A DNA stretch of 14,437 nucleotides from PVC group bacterium (GTDB lineage: Bacteria; GCA-001730085; JADFSZ01), in NCBI GenBank assembly GCA_022560555.1, contig JADFSZ010000021.1, positions 1 to 14,437 of the forward strand, given 5' to 3'. Every line of letters begins with the position of its first letter. The stretch's first letter is position 1. Shown one piece after another: positions 5,678 through 11,535 of this stretch. The notes below the pieces were generated by a model that was not told where the DNA came from, did not search any database, and was given only the letters and a program-made list of their open reading frames with translations. The translations under genes were made by a program, and so were the position numbers.

Positions 5678-8652
5678 AAATCCGAATTCCGGCACGGATC
5701 AATCAAAAAACATTTATTTTGATACTCACCGGTCTTTTATGTTTTTCAGGGTGCTCGAAAAAAGCAAGCGGGTCCTTCAAAAGTCACATGGAAACAGGAA
5801 GAATTTATGCGAAAATTAAAAAATACAGTGAAGCGATTAGAGAGTACAAGTCAGCCCTTCTGCTCAGGCCCGAGTCCGCTGAAATCCTCTTTCTCATCGG
5901 CCAAGCGTTTCGAAACACCAACGACTTCACTGAAGCTCAAGAATATCTGGAAAAATGCTTAGAGTTAAGTCCCAGTCACTCCTTGGCCACACTTGAGCTG
6001 GGTTATTGCCACTTAGCCAAGGGGGAATCTGAAATGGCATCAGAAAGGGCTCTGCTGGTTATCCAAAACAATCCGGACAACGCGGATGCTTACATACTTT
6101 TAGGTCAAATCAACTTAAAACTTCAAAACAGCGGGGAGGCTACTAAATATTTCCAAAAGGCCGTGTCAATGTCCCCTCAACTCATCGATCCCCGACTCAG
6201 CCTGATTCGTTTGCATTCACTTGAACTTGATTACGACAAGGCTACTAAAGAAGCCTTGGCCATCATCAATGATATCGACAAGGAAAATCTCCAAGCCCGA
6301 TTTCTTCTCGCGGACATTTATGCCCTTCAGGAAAATTTTGAAGAGGCCTATAAAGTGGTTAATAAAATCCTGGAATTAGCGCCGGATAACCTTATGGCTC
6401 ATTTCAGCAAAGCCAACATGGCTTTCTTTCAAAAAAAATATGATACAGCTTTAGAAATTTCCGAAGAAATTCTCAGGAAAAATAGAAATTACATCCCCGC
6501 ATCCTACCTTAAAGGGAATATTTATTTTGAAAAGCAAGAATTTGATGAGGCTATCGTTATTTACCAACGTATCATTTCATCGAAACCTGATTGGTCAGAG
6601 GCGCATTTGCGTCTCGCTATCGCGTTGGCTAACACGGGGCAGATGCAGCAGGCTATTCGTGAATTCCGTCAAACATTAAACACAAATCCACAAAATATCC
6701 AAGCAGGATACTTTCTCACAAAGATATATCTTCAAAACAGCTGGCATGACGAGGCAGTAAGTTTAACAAAGGACTTGCTCGAATATTATCCGGACAATAC
6801 CAAACTTCTACGAACTCTCGCCATGACTTATATTGCCATGGGCCGTATTGATCAAGCTCAAGCCGTTTTTAAAGACATCATAGAGATTGATCCGGATTTT
6901 TCCAAAGGCTTTCTTAATCTTGCCGTTCTCGAACTTACGCAGAAAAATTCCGCAAGCGCTATTGACAACGCCAAAAAAGCAATTGATCGGGACCAAAATA
7001 ATCTCGGAGCCTATAATGTCTTGGGACTTGCCTATCTGCAGTCCGGGGATTCTCAACTTGCCATTGAAACTTTTAAAATCGCAAAGAATATCGACCCGGA
7101 TTTTATTCCTGCTTATATAAATTTAGCGCGCATCTACATCGCTCTGCGCGATTATAATTCAGCCAATGCCGAATACAAAGATGTCCTCAATCAAAATCCG
7201 AATGCCATCGAGGCTCTTTTCGGACTCGCCCTTATGAGCGAAAAGAATAGGGAATTTGATACAGCCATCAAAACCTACAACCAAATTCTTAAGATCAATC
7301 CGGACGCAGCTAACGCTCATTTCAAGCTTGCCACCCTTCACCATGAACGGAAACATCTCTCAGAAGCCCAAAGGCACCTTAAAGAGGTCACGAGAATAAT
7401 CCCGACAAACAATTATGCGCGCATGCTGCTTTCAAGCATTTACCTAAAGGAAAATCAGATTCCTCTCATGAAAGAACAGCTGGAGAGCATCATTCAAAAC
7501 GATCCAAATAATCAGACCGCTTTCATTCAATTGGGGCTCGCACATCTTTATCAGGGAAATATTGAGAACGCCGTTCAAGCTTTTCTTACAGCGGGACAAA
7601 ACCTTGGTAATCCCTACCAGGGACAAATTGACCAAGCCCTTGCCTGGCTTTCTTACATGCAAAATGATCTGGAAGCATCTCTTGATTTTAGTGAAAAAGC
7701 CATCCGTCGCCTCACTGACAAAGTTTATCCGGCCATCGTTAAAGCCAATATCCTTATGCTCAATGATCAGACGGACGAAGCCGTTAGTGAAATTTCTAAA
7801 AGCACAAGTATTTTACCCATGGATAAGGACTATTACTTGAAGTTTGCCGATCATTTAAAAGATCTCCCTCAAAATCAATCAAAAATTTTGGTGGCGACCA
7901 ACAATGCCATTACTTTTGCTTCATTTCAATGGTATGACCTCGCAACATCCAAATATCGGGAAGCTCTTGCTCTTGCGCCGGAACAACCTTTCCTTAAAAA
8001 AATGCTCGCGACAATCCTTGCCCTCACCGACAAAACAGATGAAGCTCTCAGTCTTTACAAGGATCTGTTATCCAGCGGTGAAACACCCCAGCTCCACCAA
8101 AATATCGGCAATATTTATATGACCCACGCGCTTCCGGCTAAAGCTATTCTTCATTTTAAAAAGGCCATCGAGCTCGCGCCGGACAACGCATCCGCGTGGA
8201 TGCAACTTGGCATGGTGTATGAGACTCAAAATGACCCGAAAAATGCGCTAGCTAGCTATGAGGAAGTCATTGAACTCGCCCCTAAAAATTCGGCCGCCCT
8301 CAATAATGCGGCTTGGCTTCTCGCGACAGACAATATTGATCTCGATAAAGCTTTGGAGCACGCGCTCGCGGCAGAAAGCTTCTCAAAAACGGAAGGAAGT
8401 ATTAAAGACACCCTTGGATGGGTTTATTATCTTAAAGGGGAAATGAGACGGGCCGAAAACAAAATGATCGAAGCTATTGAGCTTATGCCTGACCATCCTT
8501 CTCTTCATTACCACTTAGGAGCCATCCTTCATCATAAAGGCGATCTCAAAACCGCACGTCAAGAGTTAAATACCGCTTTGGGGATGGGGACCGATTTTGC
8601 CGACTACGATAAAGCCCTCGAGTTGATCAAGAGGATTGATCAGGCTCTCTGA
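5674..8652 (+). CDS. prsT: Large TPR-repeat lipoprotein (PEP-CTERM system PrsT-like)
   Basis: Lipoprotein signal MKIRIPARINQKTFILILTGLLCFSG|C. More than 20 TPR-like 34-aa repeats run throughout (recurring A..Y/F..AL...P.N..A patterns). Its ATG overlaps the regulator stop (ATGA at 5674-5677), and GGGGGA lies 4 nt upstream. The size and TPR-lipoprotein architecture next to a sigma-54 regulator match the described PrsT family. Confidence 0.88.
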   Translation: MKIRIPARINQKTFILILTGLLCFSGCSKKASGSFKSHMETGRIYAKIKKYSEAIREYKSALLLRPESAEILFLIGQAFRNTNDFTEAQEYLEKCLELSPSHSLATLELGYCHLAKGESEMASERALLVIQNNPDNADAYILLGQINLKLQNSGEATKYFQKAVSMSPQLIDPRLSLIRLHSLELDYDKATKEALAIINDIDKENLQARFLLADIYALQENFEEAYKVVNKILELAPDNLMAHFSKANMAFFQKKYDTALEISEEILRKNRNYIPASYLKGNIYFEKQEFDEAIVIYQRIISSKPDWSEAHLRLAIALANTGQMQQAIREFRQTLNTNPQNIQAGYFLTKIYLQNSWHDEAVSLTKDLLEYYPDNTKLLRTLAMTYIAMGRIDQAQAVFKDIIEIDPDFSKGFLNLAVLELTQKNSASAIDNAKKAIDRDQNNLGAYNVLGLAYLQSGDSQLAIETFKIAKNIDPDFIPAYINLARIYIALRDYNSANAEYKDVLNQNPNAIEALFGLALMSEKNREFDTAIKTYNQILKINPDAANAHFKLATLHHERKHLSEAQRHLKEVTRIIPTNNYARMLLSSIYLKENQIPLMKEQLESIIQNDPNNQTAFIQLGLAHLYQGNIENAVQAFLTAGQNLGNPYQGQIDQALAWLSYMQNDLEASLDFSEKAIRRLTDKVYPAIVKANILMLNDQTDEAVSEISKSTSILPMDKDYYLKFADHLKDLPQNQSKILVATNNAITFASFQWYDLATSKYREALALAPEQPFLKKMLATILALTDKTDEALSLYKDLLSSGETPQLHQNIGNIYMTHALPAKAILHFKKAIELAPDNASAWMQLGMVYETQNDPKNALASYEEVIELAPKNSAALNNAAWLLATDNIDLDKALEHALAAESFSKTEGSIKDTLGWVYYLKGEMRRAENKMIEAIELMPDHPSLHYHLGAILHHKGDLKTARQELNTALGMGTDFADYDKALELIKRIDQAL

Positions 8653-8659
8653 TCTTCTT

Positions 8660-8977
8660 TTAATCCTGATTGACAAGCTCTTCGATTTGATTTCGATGAG
8701 AATACTGCATGCCCTGAAACTGAATCCCGATTTTATACTGTTCGCCATATGGCATACTCGCGACCCAGGCTACACAAGTCATAAGCTTTACAGGATATTC
8801 AGAAAAATCAAAGGCAATGGTCATCGGAATTTTTAAGGATTTTGCCAAAAAATGATTGGCAATAAAACAGAGTCCGCCCACACTAAGGTCTTGGGTAAGC
8901 ACACCATGGACGACACTATCCAATTGATATTTGACGGGAATTTTGACGGGTTTTCTTAGGGCTTGACGTCTTTCCAT
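8660..8977 (-). CDS. Stand-alone PilZ-domain protein (predicted c-di-GMP receptor), 105 aa
   Basis: Both PilZ signature motifs are present: RRQALR (RxxxR) near the N-terminus and DLSVGG (D/NxSxxG) about 25 residues later. GAGGT lies upstream of ATG 8977. Confidence 0.85.
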   Translation of the reverse strand: MERRQALRKPVKIPVKYQLDSVVHGVLTQDLSVGGLCFIANHFLAKSLKIPMTIAFDFSEYPVKLMTCVAWVASMPYGEQYKIGIQFQGMQYSHRNQIEELVNQD

Positions 8978-9056
8978 AAGGGCTTACCTCATTCGCGTAT
9001 ATCATAACACAATCCACAAAGAGAGTAAATAACAGCAGAGAGACAAGCGCTTTGAT

Positions 9057-9791
9057 TTACACTCTCTGTGATGCAATTTTATTGTTTTTTCTTGAAAAAA
9101 CTTTTAATTTTCTCATTTTTTTATTCTTGCTAAACAGTCGATCTCCAAGAATCATTTTTAAACATGTTCTAATAGCAATCAAAAAATCCGTAAACCAACC
9201 GGCGCGCTTGATATAGGCCAGATCATACGTTAATTTATTCCTCGCGTCATCAAGAGTCTCATCGGCCTTTTGAAGCACCTGTGCCAGCCCCGTGATCCCG
9301 GGTTTAATCTGCATACGCTTCTGATAATCAGGCAAATCACGGGTTAATTTATTCACAAAGAACGGCCGCTCAGGCCGGGGTCCGATAATGCTCATGTCCC
9401 CAATGAGCACATTGTATAGCTGAGGCAATTCATCCAAATGAGATTTTCTGAGAAATTGGCCGAACTTTGTTATCCTAGGATCCTCCCCTACCGATGCCCA
9501 CACGGGGCCAGTTTTTTCTTCAGCGTCTAGGCGCATGCTCCTGAGCTTGTAAATGTGAAAGATCTCGCCATCCAATCCAACACGCTCCTGAGAATAAAAG
9601 GCGGCCCCGGGGCTTGTCTTTCTCACAATGAAAGCCAGAAGAAACGTCATCGGAACCGTTAACGGGAGCGTCAGAACAACAACCGCAATATCAACCGCCC
9701 GCTTGACATTCGCAAATTGCACCCGGACGTATCGAATGAGGATTCCGCCCAATCCGCTTGAAATTAATATAATGCTGCTTGGTTCCGGCAT
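9057..9791 (-). CDS. Small (monotopic-type) phosphoglycosyl transferase / bacterial sugar transferase (PF02397-like, polyprenyl-phosphate hexose-1-phosphate transferase)
   Basis: KRAVDIAVVVLTLPLTVPMTFLLAFIVRKTSPGAAFYSQERVGLDGEIFHIYKLRSM ... DELPQLYNVLIGDMSIIGPRPERP ... KPGITGLAQV: the canonical sugar-transferase core. AAGGGAA Shine-Dalgarno at 9797-9803 (reverse strand), 5 nt before ATG 9791. It also carries an unusual N-terminal PEP-TM extension and a basic C-terminal tail (see findings). Confidence 0.93.
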   Translation of the reverse strand: MPEPSSIILISSGLGGILIRYVRVQFANVKRAVDIAVVVLTLPLTVPMTFLLAFIVRKTSPGAAFYSQERVGLDGEIFHIYKLRSMRLDAEEKTGPVWASVGEDPRITKFGQFLRKSHLDELPQLYNVLIGDMSIIGPRPERPFFVNKLTRDLPDYQKRMQIKPGITGLAQVLQKADETLDDARNKLTYDLAYIKRAGWFTDFLIAIRTCLKMILGDRLFSKNKKMRKLKVFSRKNNKIASQRV

Positions 9792-9799
9792 GATCTTTC

Positions 9800-9941
9800 C
9801 CTTAAAATGGATTTTTTCCTTAAAACAGCTTTGTTATTAAAATGCTTTTTTATTGATTGAAATATTTTTCATTAAAAATAATTTGTCCTTAAAAAAGCTT
9901 TTTCATTAAAACAATTTATCCTTAAAAAAGAATTCTTAAAT
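9800..9941. repeat. Degenerate ~17-bp tandem repeat array (about 9 units, with a ~34-bp higher-order unit)
   Basis: Plus-strand units begin with CCTTAAAA at 9800, 9818, 9887 and 9920. Related variants are TATTAAAA at 9835, GATTGAAA at 9855, CATTAAAA at 9870 and 9904, and TCTTAAAT at 9934. Each is followed by 3-5 nt and a T tract. CCTTAAAAAAG is identical at 9887 and 9920. The array fills the gap between the PilZ stop (9922) and the sugar-transferase start (9791). Confidence 0.6.
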
Positions 9942-10314
9942 CTTCATCAAAACTCACGGCTATGCCCACTTTACGGGTCATGACATCGTTTTCTTGATCC
10001 TCCTCAACAACATCAGTAACTCTTACCACTTTGGCAACAGCTTCTAATTTTGGACTCTTGAAAACGTTATTCAGCCCAAACGAGTTCAGGCTCTCCGGAG
10101 TATCAAAAACGATCTTCAGCTTCATGTCCGGTTTGATTCGGGTATCTGAAATGGATTCAAAATACGCCCCGCCTGTGCTTACATTACGCGTTTTGGCAAA
10201 ATTGATAGAGCAATCACGCGTATCCTCTTCGAGAATTTCAAATGCAATCGGCAGATTCAAATCAAGCCTTCGGTATTTACGACGATCCTTTTCACTGGGT
10301 TTAGAATCAATCAT
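9922..10314 (-). CDS. Stand-alone PilZ-domain protein (predicted c-di-GMP receptor), 130 aa
   Basis: RRKYRR (RxxxR) followed by NVSTGG (D/NxSxxG) at the expected spacing. It is the first gene downstream of the sigma-54 promoter at 10409-10424. Confidence 0.85.
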   Translation of the reverse strand: MIDSKPSEKDRRKYRRLDLNLPIAFEILEEDTRDCSINFAKTRNVSTGGAYFESISDTRIKPDMKLKIVFDTPESLNSFGLNNVFKSPKLEAVAKVVRVTDVVEEDQENDVMTRKVGIAVSFDEDLRILF

Positions 10315-10408
10315 TCCCCATGTTCCTTTCCGATTCCCCTTCTGACACCCCCTACTACTTTTTCAGTCTATACTCATATGCTTTGCTTCTAATATTAGCT
10401 CATTCTAG

Positions 10409-10424
10409 TGCAATGATTATGCCA
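10409..10424 (-). promoter_or_regulatory. Sigma-54 (-24/-12) promoter for the PilZ / sugar transferase unit
   Basis: The reverse strand reads TGGCATAATCATTGCA, preceded by T, with canonical GG/GC spacing and a TTGCA -12 box. The site is intergenic, about 95 nt upstream of ATG 10314. Confidence 0.65.
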
Positions 10425-10480
10425 ACTCTGTATGGTGCTCTGATCAAGTTGAATTATCTATAATCTTTTATTTATAAGTA

Positions 10481-10513
10481 CTTTACAATATGCTAAAAAT
10501 TGTCGTAAAATCA
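10481..10513 (-). promoter_or_regulatory. Conserved upstream element (candidate enhancer/UAS), copy B
   Basis: Plus-strand CTTTACAATATGCTAAAAATTGTCGTAAAATCA, 26/33 identical to 428-460, with the same ACAAT-N9-ATTGT inverted repeat. It lies 56 nt upstream of the -24 element at 10424. Confidence 0.4.
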
Positions 10514-10670
10514 GATATACACTCTGAGTATGTTCACTTTAATGAACGTAGTGACTCCAAATATGGGTACAAATCATAGACATGACACTGCTTATATGTA
10601 AAATAGACCTCGTTTGATTTATTTAACATTTGTTGGCAGGGGCCTCCAAACTATAAGAAATACAAGCCTC

Positions 10671-11534
10671 TTAGGAAGTGTTTTTTGTCGCCATTAATGG
10701 GCGTAGCCACTTAATCCCTAAAAGGGATTCAAAGAAAAATAACAGAAGATACGCCACCCCAAAAATAAGGAGTCCCGAAAAGTCATGAAAAAAACCTGTC
10801 GCGGCCTCGACCCCCCAACGATTGGCAATGAGACAAAGAAGAACAATCCGTGCGACATTGGCAATAATGGCCGTAGGAAAGGACACAAAAAATATCAGGA
10901 TTTTTTTTAGTCCTGTCCCACGCGCTAAATAAGCAACAATGGCCCCTAAAGCTAGAAGGGAGATAAGAGACCGTAATCCGCTACACACGTTACCAACGGT
11001 TATCGAGGCATTCATAAAATGAATATGACTCCCATCCTGAACGCAGTAAACCCCCAATGTTCTTACCATACTTACGGCACAATCTGCCGCGAACATTTTG
11101 AGTTCCAGATTAAGCTTCGCAATAACATCAAGCGGCATGGGGATCATAAAAAACAGAAAAAGAACCGGGAAGAGAAGCTTCTTAACGACTCGCGGGGAAT
11201 AAAAAAACAATAAAGCTCCAAAAATCAGCAAGAGAAATGCCAAGGCCTGGGTAAAATAAATTCTCCACACGGCACTCATAATCTGGAGCACAAAAGCACT
11301 GCCCATAAATATCCAAGCCCAAAATGCGGGATTTTCTGTACTTATTTCTCGCAGCAAATGCTTTTTTTTCCAGACGATAAATCCGGAAACAAACGGAATA
11401 AGAAACCCATGAGAATAGTAGGAATCCGGAGCCGTCCAACGATCGACCATCCAGGAAAACGTCGGCAAAAAAATAACCGCGATAAGTGCCGAAAACCACA
11501 GCCCCGTTAAGATGCTTGTTCTTGAGAAAGTCAT
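10671..11534 (-). CDS. Exosortase (EpsH/Xrt family polytopic membrane transpeptidase), compact 287-aa form
   Basis: Polytopic hydrophobic protein carrying the exosortase signature residues: DSYYSHGFLIP near the N-terminus, catalytic-type Cys in VGNVCSGLRSLISL, Arg in IANVARIV, and His in FHDFSG. Subtype (XrtA or other) cannot be assigned by eye. Confidence 0.9.
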   Translation of the reverse strand: MTFSRTSILTGLWFSALIAVIFLPTFSWMVDRWTAPDSYYSHGFLIPFVSGFIVWKKKHLLREISTENPAFWAWIFMGSAFVLQIMSAVWRIYFTQALAFLLLIFGALLFFYSPRVVKKLLFPVLFLFFMIPMPLDVIAKLNLELKMFAADCAVSMVRTLGVYCVQDGSHIHFMNASITVGNVCSGLRSLISLLALGAIVAYLARGTGLKKILIFFVSFPTAIIANVARIVLLCLIANRWGVEAATGFFHDFSGLLIFGVAYLLLFFFESLLGIKWLRPLMATKNTS

Positions 11535-11535
11535 T

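Noticed and set aside
8623-8642. TTGATCA-N6-TTGATCA (palindromic TGATCA pair) at the 3' end of the TPR gene, considered as a terminator between the convergent genes
   Set aside because: It is a 6-bp AT-rich stem inside coding sequence, and the T-rich run is displaced and interrupted. It is not convincing as an intrinsic terminator for either strand.
2924-8748. Short track ORFs (60-92 aa) nested in or antisense to the kinase, regulator and TPR genes (e.g. 2924..3145, 3354..3629, 5054..5320, 6808..7056, 7562..7840, 8258..8446, 8566..8748)
   Set aside because: All are fully contained within long, motif-supported CDSs on the other strand or frame. None shows a recognisable domain or ribosome-binding site.
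9800-9941. Repeat array considered as a CRISPR array or as coding mini-genes
   Set aside because: The units are about 17 bp, degenerate and contiguous, with no unique spacers, so this is not CRISPR. The embedded mini-ORFs (5-17 codons on either strand) lack independent support and are treated only as features of the repeat.
10315-10360. G-run-rich leader of the PilZ gene (reverse strand GGGGGTGTCAGAAGGGGAATCGGAAAGGAACATGGGGA) considered as a G-quadruplex or riboswitch
   Set aside because: Only three runs have three or more G, which is insufficient for a canonical quadruplex. I see no resemblance to a known riboswitch fold. It most likely just provides purine-rich Shine-Dalgarno context.
10632-10650. 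TTGGCAGGGGCCTCCAA just downstream of the exosortase stop: considered as a plus-strand sigma-54 -24 box or as a terminator hairpin
   Set aside because: No TTGC-type -12 element lies at the required spacing (TCCA instead). As a hairpin it forms only about 4-5 interrupted base pairs and has no following T tract on the minus strand.
11228-11242. Fourth exact-spacing sigma-54-like site (reverse strand TGGCATTTCTCTTGC) inside the exosortase gene
   Set aside because: It lies within coding sequence, where it encodes part of the LAFLLLIF transmembrane helix (TTG GCA TTT CTC TTG CTG). It has no AT-rich upstream region and no copy of the shared upstream element. It is most simply a by-product of Leu/Ala codons. 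Intragenic sigma-54 binding is known in other bacteria, so ChIP-seq could revisit this.
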